Shown one piece after another: positions 29,501-43,340 of a DNA stretch of 64,000 nt. The position numbers were made by a program, and so were the translations under genes. The notes beneath the pieces are model-generated. The model saw only the letters and a program-made list of their open reading frames with translations, searched no databases and was not told where the DNA came from. Each line of letters begins with the position of its first letter. Positions within the stretch are counted from its first letter, which is position 1. Source of the stretch: Eledone cirrhosa. Taxonomy: Eukaryota. Location: assembly GCA_964016885.1 (NCBI GenBank), contig OZ024743.1, positions 81,530,001-81,594,000 on the forward strand. The letters are read 5' to 3'.

Positions 29501-30035
29501 TGGTATTGTATCTGGGTATGTTGCTATTGTTGTTGTTATTGTTGTTTGTGTCTGTGTGTCTGTTGTTGTTGGGATGTGTGTTGTATATGTGTGTGCGTAT
29601 ATTGTTGCTTTTGTTTTTGTTTTTGATGCTCCAGCGTAGTTTCGTAAATGATTTTTCTATTTCTGACAGACAACTAATCATATTTACCTTCTTAAATGTC
29701 GCAAATTTGGGTGGCAGACTTAACACAGACATTTCATTATTATCTATTTTCGTGTTTCCATAAATGTTGACATAAATGTTGGTATTTTCATTGTTGAACT
29801 CTTCAGATAATGAGGTGTCGGCCATGTTGATACCGTCAATTTTGTCGGGATATCTATTGGTATACTCTATAGTATCCCGATTTAGCTTTGCCTGTTTAAG
29901 CCACTTTAATTTTCTGTTAAAGTGCTTATTACATTCTTGAGTAATGTACTGTTCTTCGGGGCGTATAAGGCTTATAAATGTTAGTTTTTCTGCTGGTGTG
30001 GTGATTTTAGATATTTCATCTATTAGGTTACGCTT
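26553..30035 (-). pseudogene. PLE polyprotein, longer copy, with one nonsense codon inside GIY-YIG
   Basis: VLSLPPKF, PTDKSG, PTRPV, SMDVVSLYPSI, GAAIG, YSRYVDD, LPVLD; TAA at 26841-26843 where the other arm has CAA; 5' truncated at the junction. Confidence 0.9.
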
Positions 30036-30036
30036 T

Positions 30037-32238
30037 AATAGAATAGAGGCCCAGCAACTGGGAGAAGAATCTGCAAATGGCTTGCGTAAGCTCATGCAGC
30101 GCTCGCGTAATGGAGAGATAGCATGCTTTCCAACAGACAAGTCTGGCAGAATGTCGGTTGACAGCCTGCCAAACTACATCCAGGCAATGCAACCCCACAT
30201 CACTAACACAAGAGAGGTAACACCACAGGAGCATGAGGACAGAGAAAAAACCCTCAATGCCCATATGGTGATGTGGACAAATATAATGCAGCCCAACAAA
30301 AGGACTGCCAACAACTTCCAGGCCTGGAACAATGACGTGCCGGCGTTGTATGGGCTTCGAAAAGACCATAAAACGGGCTGGGACCCTGTCGCGGGACCAC
30401 CAACACGGCCAGTCTGTGGGGCTAACATTGCTAGTAACTACAGACTGTCCTACTTCCTCTCCCTGATCATACGCCCCATCATTGAGATGTCCCCAGATGT
30501 GTGTGACAGCACGGAGGACCTCCTCAGCAGAATCGACGCGGGTAACCGATCTGGGGACCTAACAAACTGCATAATAGGCAGTATGGATGTTGTGTCCCTG
30601 TATCCATCTATTGACGTGGATTTTGCTGTGGAGAAATGCGTCGAAATGATCAGCGAGAGCAAGGTTGAGTTCCGTGGGATTGATACCAGTGAGCTGGGAC
30701 TTCTACTTAAGCTTACCCATAGTAATAGTTACCTAGACACTTATGACCTTAGCAACCTGTGCCCTACAAGACCAGCAAGAGGCAGACCACCTACCATTAC
30801 CTCAATGGCCAAGAAAACCCACACAGATAGATGGAACGGGTGGACCAGAGCCATACGGACACCCGAAAACCACGATGAACTGAAGAAAATGATTGCACAT
30901 GCGGTAGGGGCCAGCATAAAATTAACCCTTAAGGAACATATGTTCAAATTTAATGGTAAAACATATGCCCAAGAGGAAGGAGCAGCCATTGGTGTTAGCA
31001 TTGCAGGCGACATAGCTAACTTGTTCATGGTATGGTGGGACAGTAGACTTAAACAAAAACTTAAAGAACAATTAGAAGACAGATTAACCCTGATAATGTA
31101 CTCCCGCTACGTAGATGATATAAACATCGTAGTTAAGACACCCCCACTAAAGAACAGTCAGGAACCTGAGAAAAACACAATGGAAAGCATCCAGCAAATA
31201 GCAAACTCCATCCACCAGAGCATTAGAGTTACTATAGACTACCCAAGTAGACACCCCAACCATCGATTACCTGTACTAGACACAGAGCTCTGGTTAGATA
31301 CTATTAACAACCAAAAACAAATCCTCCATTCCCATTATGCCAAACCCATGACTTCCAAACATCTGATCCACCGAAACTCGGCCATTTCGGACCATACCAA
31401 AATCAACATACTGATTGCGGATTTGATACGGGTGATGAGAAATGTGTCCCGCATGTGCAACCCCGAAGAACTAGAGAGACACATACAACACTTCATCCAC
31501 CGTATGCAATTCTCTGGCTACAATCAGAGAGATAGAATCAGAGTGTATAAAGGAGCCAGAACCAAATGGGAAAAAATGGTAAATAATGACATAAATGGGA
31601 CCTGCCCCTTGTATAGGAGCAAATTTTGGAATAGAATAGAAAGAACTAAGAACAAGGCCAATAGAATAAACTCATGGTATGATAGCAATAAATACCAGAG
31701 TGTAATGTTCATCAATACAACCCCTAGAGGTGAACTAGCCTACAAATTTAGAAGGGCCCTAAAGAAACATAATCTCAATATTAAGATAGTAGAAAGACCT
31801 GGTACCTCCGTAAAAACACTTATTAGCAAGACATACCCGTTCCAAAGACCCTCATGTATAGATAAGAAATGTATAACCTGTAAAATAAGCCCCCATATTA
31901 ACTGTAAAACTAGAAATGTAGTATATAGCATAAGATGTACTGAGGGACAATGTAGAAACAAAAATATAGTGTACATAGGTGAGACAGCTCGTAGTATAGG
32001 GGAACGAATAAATGAACACTGGCGAGACCTCCAAGATAGTAAAGAATCATCTGTGCTCTACCAACATGCTAAGATAGAACACAGGGGTAAATTAGAGAGC
32101 ATAGAAATAAAAATAGAATCCACACACAAGAAAGACGCAATGTTTAGGCAAATTACAGAGGCAGTAAGCATAAAAGAATTAAAACCAAAATTAAATAGAA
32201 AATATGAGTGGAACAGCAACATCACAACTTACAATTAA
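30037..32238 (+). CDS. PLE RT + Cys-rich linker + GIY-YIG endonuclease, open but N-terminally truncated
   Basis: RT motifs as above; CIDKKCITC..INCKTRNVVYSIRC..VYIGET..RINEH..LYQH..EAVSI..LNRKYE. Confidence 0.88.
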   Translation, partial: NRIEAQQLGEESANGLRKLMQRSRNGEIACFPTDKSGRMSVDSLPNYIQAMQPHITNTREVTPQEHEDREKTLNAHMVMWTNIMQPNKRTANNFQAWNNDVPALYGLRKDHKTGWDPVAGPPTRPVCGANIASNYRLSYFLSLIIRPIIEMSPDVCDSTEDLLSRIDAGNRSGDLTNCIIGSMDVVSLYPSIDVDFAVEKCVEMISESKVEFRGIDTSELGLLLKLTHSNSYLDTYDLSNLCPTRPARGRPPTITSMAKKTHTDRWNGWTRAIRTPENHDELKKMIAHAVGASIKLTLKEHMFKFNGKTYAQEEGAAIGVSIAGDIANLFMVWWDSRLKQKLKEQLEDRLTLIMYSRYVDDINIVVKTPPLKNSQEPEKNTMESIQQIANSIHQSIRVTIDYPSRHPNHRLPVLDTELWLDTINNQKQILHSHYAKPMTSKHLIHRNSAISDHTKINILIADLIRVMRNVSRMCNPEELERHIQHFIHRMQFSGYNQRDRIRVYKGARTKWEKMVNNDINGTCPLYRSKFWNRIERTKNKANRINSWYDSNKYQSVMFINTTPRGELAYKFRRALKKHNLNIKIVERPGTSVKTLISKTYPFQRPSCIDKKCITCKISPHINCKTRNVVYSIRCTEGQCRNKNIVYIGETARSIGERINEHWRDLQDSKESSVLYQHAKIEHRGKLESIEIKIESTHKKDAMFRQITEAVSIKELKPKLNRKYEWNSNITTYN

Positions 32239-32534
32239 GGACAAAATGAAAACACACACACACATATATAAACAACTTACAATTGAAAACACACACAAAA
32301 TGAAAACACACACAAGACAAAATGAAAACACACACACACATAGAACAAACAACCAACCAACAATAAATAAATAAATAAACAAACAAATATAAATAGAAAA
32401 ATAGAAAAATGAACACAAACACACACAGACACCCGGATGTGGCGCATGCGCAAACTGAGCACGCAACCCACACACAAACAAAATGGCGTAGGATAGAAGA
32501 AAGGAAAGGCACAGAAACGAAGAAAGAAATCCCC

Positions 32535-32579
32535 AGTCACTGAAGAGGTCACAGAGTGTGTGACGAAAGAACTATGACT
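32535..32579 (+). ncRNA. Type I hammerhead ribozyme in PLE pLTR
   Basis: AGTCA-CTGAAGA-G-GTCACA gagtg TGTGAC-GAAA-GAAC-TA-TGACT. Confidence 0.78.
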
Positions 32580-32792
32580 ATATATATATAAACAACTATC
32601 TGGTTGTGGAACCAACCAACCAACCAGAAATTTATAAATTTGTAAATTTATAAATATATATTAAATTAAATTGAAGTGAAAGCAACTGGTGCGTGTGTTT
32701 CTTATTGGCAACATGACCCTCCCAAAGTATAACAATATCGGTTTCAACACACGATTTCAGATAAAGAATCTTGCTAAACAAATTCAGAAACG

Positions 32793-32835
<43 letters not shown>

Positions 32836-35539
32836 ACTACCACTGTTTCTTTCAGTTGCTGAAGAATGCAACCAAATGACACAGTGTTATAACTGTAGAA
32901 GTCGTTTCCAGCTGAAATATATTATGTACACACACCATCTACTTCATGGTCCCAGCTGACAGAATGGCGAATGTGCTTCGCCGAGATGGTGAGGAGTTCC
33001 TTCTTATAGATTTCTATCTCCATCCTAATCGCTGTAAGTAGAAATGGCTTAGGTACGCAGGACAGAAGCTGAGTCCACTGGTTTAGCGATAAACCCACCG
33101 GAGAGCCTCAGAATTTGTTATCTTGCACCTTCAGTCTGTCAGGGGAAAATGCATGGGTCGAACACTGGTCCCACCACGTTGCTGCTGAAGGAGGTATCAC
33201 TGTAGGTTACATTACACCAAGTTGGTCTTGATGAAAGTATCTCAGTAAGTCATAACCCACCAGGTTTTCCCTGAAGGAGGTATCACTGCTGGTCGCATCA
33301 CAAATATAAAGCTTTTCGTAAATGTATTTCGAAAGAAAAATGAGGGGTCTTTTGAGGGAGGGGATTTTTTGGTCTGATTATTCGGAGAGGAAAGGGCAGT
33401 GTTGATTACCCCTTTTGAGTGCTTTCGAAACTTGTAGAAGGGAAAGAAGAAATAGATACTAAAACCGGAGACTTGGTCCAATATCCACAACGAAATTTAT
33501 GGATTTCTTCCGGCCTCATTCTAAGAATCATATTTTCATTTCCTATTTTTAAGCTTCCAGAATCAGAAATGTTTTATTTCATAGAATTTTGTCTTTACTA
33601 CTTTGTTTCTGCTTTCTTCATTTTCATTTATTTATTTATTTATTTCTTAACATTATTTCATTTTATAAGATTTAATCTCCCATTATTTCACTAAATAACG
33701 TTATTTTATAGGAGAGAAACTTAATGATTTCCCGGGTTTTTCATTAGTGATCAATCAATGTTTGAAGTATTTATTTACATCGAAATCAAACATTGATCTT
33801 GATGTGTTTTTTTTTTTTCAATATTTATATCAAATCAATCAGGGGTTTTAAAAGCTTAAATTATTATCGAAATTAAACTCCATATTATCATTTTATCACA
33901 CATTTATGTTTATTTATTCTTCCGGCCGCAACACTAGAGAGGTTTCATTGTATCCGGTTGGCTGCCTCAAGTTATTCAACTAAATCCCACCGGAGTAGAC
34001 TTCACGTTTCATCTTGGATCGATAAAATAAATATAAATTATATATTTAATCGACTACAGAATTCCTTTACAAATTAGACTTGTTCTAATTTCAGAGCAAT
34101 GAACAAACTTGTACTGTTTAGTTTCCAGCCTTAATGTTCGCCTTTTCAAATAGAACAAACCTCCGTCTGTTTCAACGATGTTGATCCAGTTGTTCGGTCA
34201 ACGAAACTGTATACCCGCCGAATTAACAAACAAGTGTCTGAGCAATCTACATACACGTGTAACCATAACTTAGAGAATCGCAAGATTGTTTGAAATAGGG
34301 ATCCATTCAACTCAGTAAGATTGTACATGGCCTCTGTCTACACAATGTCTCTCAACAGGTGTGGGTCAACCCACAAGATGCTCCTCACAAGGTATGAACC
34401 TGGGACCTTATGATTGCCGAGTGATCTTCTTAACCAGACGGTAATGATGTGTCAAAAAATGTTTAATACTGCAGAGATCAATAAAGCACGAGTACCAGAA
34501 ATATTACAAGTCTAAATATAATCGGGTCTTCTTTAACATGGGAAGACACGTTGCTTAGTGGTTAGAGTGATCAGCTCGGGATCATGCGTTCAGTTCCCAG
34601 AGGCGTGTTGTATCCTTGTACAAGACAATTAAATTGATGTTGCTTTAGTCAACATAACTGGCAAAAATAAATTGTATAATTCAAAGGTCCAGTTTGTCAC
34701 ACCTTGCCACACTAAATAGACCCACCCACACCCACACCCCGGAATTCCGTTAAGTTTATATATGTCTGTAGAATACTCAGAGTCTTCCTCGTTTATACCA
34801 AGGACAAGATAATGTTGGTCAAACAACTGGAAAATCATCGTCGGAGCCGACGGATGTCCAATGCACAAGTCCTTAAAATGTGTGGTATTATATCAATGAA
34901 CAAAGTCAACGAAACGCCAGAAAATTGCCTTGAAATATTTAGTTTGGAATTTATACTGATATTGACCCAAATATAGTCAACTATTACTTATGATAATATG
35001 TGGTTGAAATTACTTCCACCATATCCTTCTAGAGTTTATCTTCTACAGTATGGTTTAGTAGAGATGATATCTGTTTCATATAACATTGCTTCGGCATAGT
35101 ATACCTGATAGAATGGTCGTACAATGGTGCTAGATATTCAATGTTAGATTACATTTCATGGTAGGTAGTTCCACTCTGAGATTATCTGCCGAAATAGTGT
35201 TCCTCTGAAAAGTGTTTGGAATAACGTTACTTGATAGAGAGATTAGCTCGGAGAATAGAGAGTCGCTTCGTGTAGAGCCGTGGAATCTCCGAATCGAGAA
35301 ATCTCAGTTCCGCTACAATATACATGAGGTTAACCTTTATAGAAGAATAGATGGACAGATTTTACGGCAGAATCAACTGGTAGACGACCCAGAGATAAAT
35401 TACCTGCAAGATTGTTGAATAACATCCATGAAATCGGTTAGACAAGCTTGAGAATCCGGCTGGATTGAAGACATTTGGTTCTATTATCACAGTCAAAAAG
35501 GTGTGGCTGGTGACCCTGCCTCCACGCCTCTAATAATAA

Positions 35540-35690
35540 TTGTTTTTACTACTGGCACAAGGCCAGCAATTATTCCAGTGTATTACTGGTACTTTATATT
35601 ATCGACCCCCGTAAGGATAAAAGGCAAAGTTAACCTCGGCGGGATTTGAACTCAGACCATAAAGGGGCGGAACTTCAAATACCGCCGATA
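35540..35690 (-). mobile_element. SINE copy
   Basis: Reverse complement of the 9894 family core. Confidence 0.75.
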
Positions 35691-35699
35691 ATGAAAAGA

Positions 35700-36400
35700 A
35701 TTTCTTGACTTATACAGCCTCAAAACACACAGATTGTTCCCGTATCTGCCAACATCGCCCTGGGGTGCAAATGTTTTGAGGCTGTATGAGTCAGGGAAGA
35801 ATGATGGAAAAGAAGAATGTGTTGCTGCAGAGAGGAGAAGCCCAGACTCTTAAGTTGCAACTCAAACACGTTGCAAAATCAAATAAATTAGAGAAAGAAG
35901 AAAAGTGTTGTGAAGACAAAGCATAGATTGAGAGGGTCAATGCTTTTGCTCGGCCAATTCGAAGAACAGACTAAACACCGGAAAAATAAAATTGGTTGAG
36001 AAGGGAGATATGAAAAGAGAGTGAGACGGAGGGTTTGCTTTTAGCCGCCCGGGATCAGGACCTAAACACCAACTTAATGAGGAAGGTACATGAACAAAGC
36101 TATAACGACAAATGTAGGTTGATTGGTGTAAAAGAGGAGAATGTAACAAAATTGTAAGTGAGTGTATTTTGCTGGCGTAAGAGGATTACAAAAGACGCCA
36201 AGACGTGTTCCATTGGTTACTTTGTCAGAAATATTGATTGAAAGTGGAGGAGAAATAGTATTGCCATGAACCAGAGAATGTGATTGAGAATTGCCAAGCA
36301 AAGATAATGTGGGATCTGACGGAGTTATTGAACACCACAGACTTGATATTGTTGGGATTGAGGAAAGTGTTGGATAATTGATATAGCAGTCCCTGGGGGA
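35700..36400 (+). mobile_element. Degenerate R4/Dong-type RLE fragment
   Basis: Manual translation gives DYKRR, PENVIENCQAKIMWDL and IEHHRLDIV; followed by (GAA)n at 36412-36470. Confidence 0.6.
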
Positions 36401-36586
36401 TCAGAGGAGGGGAAGAAGAAGAAGAAGAAGAAGAAGAAGAAGAAGAAGAAGAAGAAGAAGAAGAAGAAGAATACATACATTACAATCTTATCTGTGTAAT
36501 TTGTAAGAAAATAGATGCCTTAACTCTACTAACATTGTGAGAAACACTAACTTTCGTCACCTCCTAATATACATCGGGACTCCACC

Positions 36587-36684
<98 letters not shown>

Positions 36685-37341
36685 TGTATATATATGTACG
36701 TATGTATATATCTATATATATATCTATATCTCTATATATATATATATAAGAAAATTAGGTCATTTATTATAAAAATACATGTGGTGTCCTACACGGGTGA
36801 AAGTATAAGGAAAAGAAATCGAAAATGCAACTGGAGTCTTTTTCAGAATATTTATTTATTTCCTTTACCGGTTTCACAGTTCTTATGATTTTCAAAAGTA
36901 GAATTAAGATGGAGGGTTTGTGGTTTGTCTCGCATCTCGACAATATATTTGTCTCGCGACAATATATTTGTCTCGCGACAATATATTTGTCTTGGATTTT
37001 CAACAAAGAAGAAATCCAAGTACCGGCCTCCATGGTTTACCATTCGATTAATTGGTGAAATATATTTCTTTAATGGAATATATACAGGGAAGATTAATCA
37101 TTTTATAGGTATCTATTTTTGAAGTTCTGGTTAACTTTATTTAGTTACCTACCTAGCTATGTGTGCTTACACACTTGTAAAAATTATCTCCTGTGATTAT
37201 TCATGTTTATTGATATGTTAATCAATTTCTAGTTATTATAAAATGCTTGGACTATTCGTTAGAATCTTAGAGCTTATTTTGCGGGTGATATGGCGCATGT
37301 CTTTCTGGCATGACACCCATAATTTTGATTATCTTAATTTT

Positions 37342-37377
<36 letters not shown>

Positions 37378-37379
<2 letters not shown>

Positions 37380-37560
37380 GTTTCTATGTTTGGCACAAGG
37401 CCAGCAATTATACCAGTGTATGACTGGTACTTTATTTTATCGACCCCGTAAGGATGAAAGGCAAACTTAACCTCGGCGGGATTTGAACTCAGACCATAAA
37501 GGGCCGTAACTCTTTGCTGCAAAGCATGACGTTTGACCCTCTACCGCTTCTGCCAATCCA
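37378..37560 (-). mobile_element. SINE copy, near complete
   Basis: tRNA-like head plus family core. Confidence 0.8.
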
Positions 37561-37689
37561 ATGAAAGGAGGAAAGAAAAACAAGCGTATATAGAGACAAT
37601 GACAAATTCATAGAAAATGGAAGATGAAGGGGACAGAAATATATAAATAAATATATAAATAAATAAATGTCATATTACTTACAAACCGT

Positions 37690-38735
37690 ACACAAATATA
37701 TATACATACATGTTTACACATACATATATACAAACATATATACACATACATATATACAAACATATATATACATATATACACATACATATACACATACATA
37801 TATACACAGACGTATACACATACACAAATACAAACATATATAAATATAAATACACACATAAATATACACACACATTTATATATATATACATATAACGGGA
37901 CATATATATACATACAAATATACATGTATATAATACATACACATATAAAAAACAAATATCAGAACATACACACATACACACATACACACGCACATACACG
38001 CATACACATACACATATACACACACCTACACAAACATACACACATACACACACATACACACATGTACACACACATACACACACATATACACACATACACA
38101 TACATACACACACACACACACGCACACACACACAAACACACGCACACATACACACATACACACACGCATACACACACATACGCACACATACATACACACA
38201 CACACACGCATACAAACAGAGACACACACACACACATACACACACACATGCACACACATACATACATACGCACATACATACACACACACATACACACACA
38301 CATACATACACACATACACACACACACATATACACACAGAGACAGACACAGACACACACATACACATACACAGACACACATACACACAGTCACACAGACA
38401 CAGACACACACATAGACACAGACACAGACACACACATATATATACAGATACAGACACACACATACACACATACACACACATACACATACACAGACACACA
38501 CACATACACACACACACACATACACAGACACACACACATACACTCACACACACAGATACACACAGACACAGACACACATACACGCACACAGACACAGACG
38601 CACACACATACATACACACGTATACACACACATACACACACACAGACAGAAACTGACACACACAGACACGCACACACAGACACAGACACACACACACACA
38701 CACACACAGACACAGACACAGACACAAACACACAG

Positions 38736-38767
<32 letters not shown>

Positions 38768-39367
38768 AGACACAAACACACAGACACAGACACACAGACA
38801 CACAGACACACACATACAACATAACACCAAAACGATAAAAGGAAAAACAAATCACTGAAATGTTAGAAAATAGAAATATTTTATTTTATATTTTACTGAA
38901 GTGATTTATATTTAACAACAACAACAACAATAACTGTAACAACAACAACAACTGTAACAACAACAACAACAACTGTAACAACAACAATTGTAACAACAAC
39001 AACAACAACAACAACTGTAACAACAACAATTGTAACAACAACAACTGTAACAATAACAACAACTGTAACAACAAATATTTTTAAAACAACAAAAATTTTA
39101 ACAACAAATATTTTAACAACAAATATTTTAACAACAAATATTTTAAAAACAACAAAAATTTTAACAACAACAACAAATATTTTAACAACAACAACAACAA
39201 ATATTTTAACAACAACAACAACAAATATTTTAACAATAAATATTTTAACAAAAACAACTGTAACAACAACATGAACGACAAAAAGGTGGAGGGGAGAAGA
39301 AAGGGAGGAGAAGAAAAAGAAAGAAGAATATGAGAAAAAAAAATAGAAGAAGAAGAAGAAGAAGAAG

Positions 39368-39398
<31 letters not shown>

Positions 39399-39400
39399 GG
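37690..39400. repeat. Compound microsatellite block: (CA)n variants, (CAA)n higher-order units, (GAA)n
   Basis: Direct reading. Confidence 0.9.
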
Positions 39401-39667
39401 GAGAAGGGTTGAAGATGTTGACAACACGAAGTTTATGTCGAGTAAAATTTGAAATCAACAATAACAACAACAATAATTATAATAATGGTAACAATAAAAA
39501 ACAATAATGGCGGTGGAAGAAATAATAAACAAATAAATGAAATTAAAATTGAATTAAATGCAATTAAACACGAAAATGTGATTAGTTAAACCCCTGTAAT
39601 CTCCCTTTCACACTGGGTAGTTATATAATTTTCTGGAACAATATGGTGGACGGAGAAGGGTGACATA

Positions 39668-39797
<130 letters not shown>

Positions 39798-40373
39798 AAG
39801 AGAGATAATGAAGAGTTTACTTCAATATATATATATATGTCAGACATGTTATTATTTTATGTTAACGTAGGTGTTGTTTTATTGGGAGGGAGGAGATATA
39901 GTGTATGTGTGAATGTATATATATATGTCGCTGTGTACATATATATATATATATATATATACAGAGAGAGGGTAAGAGAGAGAGAGGGGGAGAAGATGGA
40001 TATAGATATGTCTAAATAAATATATATATATATGATGGAAATATAAATATGTCATTATATATATGTTAATGTTGTTATTGTTTGTTATAGATTGAGAAGG
40101 AAGGGAGGGGGGGGCTGATACACACATACACACATCTATGTCTGTTTGTGCGTGGATACATGCTTGTGTGTGTTACGTCATTACCGTTGTTGTTGTTGTT
40201 GTTGTAGCTTTGAGAATGAAGTGTGGGGGGAGAGGGGTATTTCGGATTCGTGTCTAGGTATTTTTGTGTATTTTTACATTTAAATTTATATCATTATTAT
40301 ATTTATTGTTGTTGTTGGTGTTGTTATTATTATTATCATTATACTTATTAATATTATTATTATTAAGAAAATC

Positions 40374-40402
40374 TGTAAACCCTTGTGGTTAATAAAGAAA
40401 GC
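40374..40402 (+). mobile_element. Tx1 extreme 3' stub in an (ATT)n region
   Basis: TGTAAACCCTTGTGGTTAATAAAGAAA matches 5856-5882. Confidence 0.75.
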
Positions 40403-40420
40403 ATTGTCATCATTAAGAAA

Positions 40421-40476
<56 letters not shown>

Positions 40477-40798
40477 TCATTTCTTTTTTGTCTTATCCTT
40501 TTTTTCATTCTTTAATCGGCGGAAAAGAAGAGAGAGGAAAAAATGGCTGCTCACTTGGAATAATGGTGAACTAAGTGCTTTTTCGATTGGAACTGAAGAA
40601 CTGTGAAGTTTAAACCCCTTTATTCCATTGAGTTCCCCGTTACTAGAATAATGAACGATTCCAATAAATAGAATGGCGAATTCTTTGAATGGTGAAAGTA
40701 ACGTTGAAACATTCACAAGACAAACATACACAAACATGTATAATTATATATATGTATATATATATATATATTCAAATGTAAGTATGTATGTATGTATA

Positions 40799-40937
<139 letters not shown>

Positions 40938-41274
40938 TGTGTGTGTGTGTAAATATATATGTATATATGTACATTTGTATATATCTATATATGTATATAT
41001 ACATATATATATGTATATATATGTATGTATATGCGTGTGTATATATATACACATATATATATATATACAATATATATACATATATATCGTTACACTCAAC
41101 AAGGACTCTACCTCACAGTCATCACACTTTACATGTTCTTCTGTAATTCTTTCATTTTTCTCTAAAAGTCATTAATATGAATAAACGAGGTTTTCGGGAA
41201 TTGTCTTTCTTTCCTTCCTTTTCCTGACTCTGCATTTTTAGAATCGCCATCTAGAGGCTTTACAGGTAAAATTA

Positions 41275-41465
41275 ATTGTTTCTACGTTTGGCACAAGGCC
41301 AGTAATTATCCCAGTGTATTACTGGTACTTTACTTTATCGACCCCGTAGGGATGAAAGGCAAAGTTAACCTCGGCGGGATTTGAACTCAGAATGGCAAGG
41401 GCCGTAACACTATGCGTCAAAGCATGGCGTCCGACCCTCTACCGATACTGCCAATCCACTGCCTA
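41275..41465 (-). mobile_element. SINE copy, near complete
   Basis: Homologous to 37378-37560. Confidence 0.8.
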
Positions 41466-41495
41466 ACAGGTAAAATTAATGTCAGGAAGAGGCTA

Positions 41496-41546
<51 letters not shown>

Positions 41547-41564
41547 TCTCTCTCTCTCTCTCTT

Positions 41565-41615
<51 letters not shown>

Positions 41616-41645
41616 ACATGTATATATATGTATACATTTATATAA

Positions 41646-41718
<73 letters not shown>

Positions 41719-41800
41719 ACAGATTGTGTTGTTATTTCTGTTTACGTTTTACATACATACATATATATATATGTAAACATCTATATATATATATATATAA

Positions 41801-41917
<117 letters not shown>

Positions 41918-42392
41918 TATATACATGTATATATACATATATATATATATATGCGTACATGTGTGTCTGTGTATGGTGTGGGGTGGGGTGTATGTCAATA
42001 GACACACACACAAGAATGAGAGTAACAGAAGAGGTGGGTATGGGTGGTGGGTGAGAGGGAGTAGAGAAAGTTTAAATTATATGTAGACGGAAGATGAAAG
42101 AAGTGAAATCGTGCAAACACAATGAGTGAAATGAAGTTTAATCAAGTTCACCATTTTTATTGGAGGTTCTCCATAAAACCAGAGTTGGAAATCAACGGAA
42201 GAGGAGTAAAAGATATTTCAATAGGAACTCAACAACCAATTCTTCAGCATTCTTCAAATGATTCCAGATTCAAAAATATCCATTTTATTGCTCTTTCTAC
42301 GTTTTTTAGAATTTAATTCTTCTTGTTTTTCATCTATTTCTCCATAATTTTTTGGTTGAGTTTTACAGGTATATTTATAAATGGTGATGTGG

Positions 42393-42446
<54 letters not shown>

Positions 42447-42572
42447 ATGTATGTATATATATATATGTATACATACACACATATATGTATATACACATAT
42501 ATACCTATACATATATATATGTGTATGTATGTATATATATATGTATACATACACACATATATGTATATACAC

Positions 42573-42650
<78 letters not shown>

Positions 42651-42735
42651 TTATATACATACATATATATAAACATATATATATATATATACATTTATAT
42701 ACATACATATATATAAACATATATATATATATATA

Positions 42736-43252
42736 CGATATATTTACAAATGGAAACTATATTTATAAAACCATATTTATTTTATTATACATATTTCAAG
42801 GACACCAAGTTAAATTATGGTGCGCTTTCATCAGATAACATATAATATAAATCAGTTTTATAAATAAATATTGACATACCCTTAGAGAATGCGACCATTT
42901 CTGTTGGAAGCTCCCGGATAGTGGGGTTATTAAATTTATTTAGTCTATTATGCAAATTAGTGTCGGATATGTTAAAATCACAGTAGATTTAAAATAAGCC
43001 GTTGAAGTATTGAAAAAAAGGGACACTAATTTGTATAATAGACTAAATAAATTTAATAACCCCACTATCCGGGAGCTTCCAACAGAAATGGTCGCATTCT
43101 CTAAGGGTATGTCAATATTTATTTATAAAATTGATATATATTATATTTTATCTGATGAAAGCGCACCATAATTTAACTTGGTGTCCTTGAAATATGTATA
43201 ATGAAATAAATATGGTTATATAAATATAGTTTCCATTTGTTAATATATCGTA
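42736..43252. mobile_element. Foldback pLTR pair with an HHR in each arm
   Basis: Arms 42736-42964 / 43022-43252, 57-bp spacer, (TA)n flanks; HHRs at 42778-42842(-) and 43144-43208(+). Confidence 0.8.
43144..43208 (+). ncRNA. Type I hammerhead ribozyme motif
   Basis: TATTTTAT-CTGATGA-AAGCGCACCA..TGGTGTCCTT-GAAA-TATGTA-TA-ATGAAATA. Confidence 0.72.
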
Positions 43253-43258
43253 TTTTTA

Positions 43259-43340
<82 letters not shown>

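Larger units (their letters stand above)
26053..32795. mobile_element. Young Penelope-like retroelement, head-to-head inverted insertion in (TA)n
   Basis: Minus copy 30035->26053 and plus copy 30036->32795; inverted arms 26053-28755 / 30036-32738; RT + GIY-YIG; HHR in each 3' pLTR. Confidence 0.95.

Noticed and set aside
29944-30036. ATG at 29944 as the real start of the 764-aa ORF
   Set aside because: It lies in the antisense of the other copy, upstream of the inversion junction; probably fortuitous
26841-30140. 1099-aa ORF as a complete protein
   Set aside because: Its first ~35 codons are antisense read-through of the opposite arm; the natural start is missing and it stops inside GIY-YIG
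34900-35500. Decayed PLE RT
   Set aside because: Only faint motif resemblance; cannot be supported without a profile search
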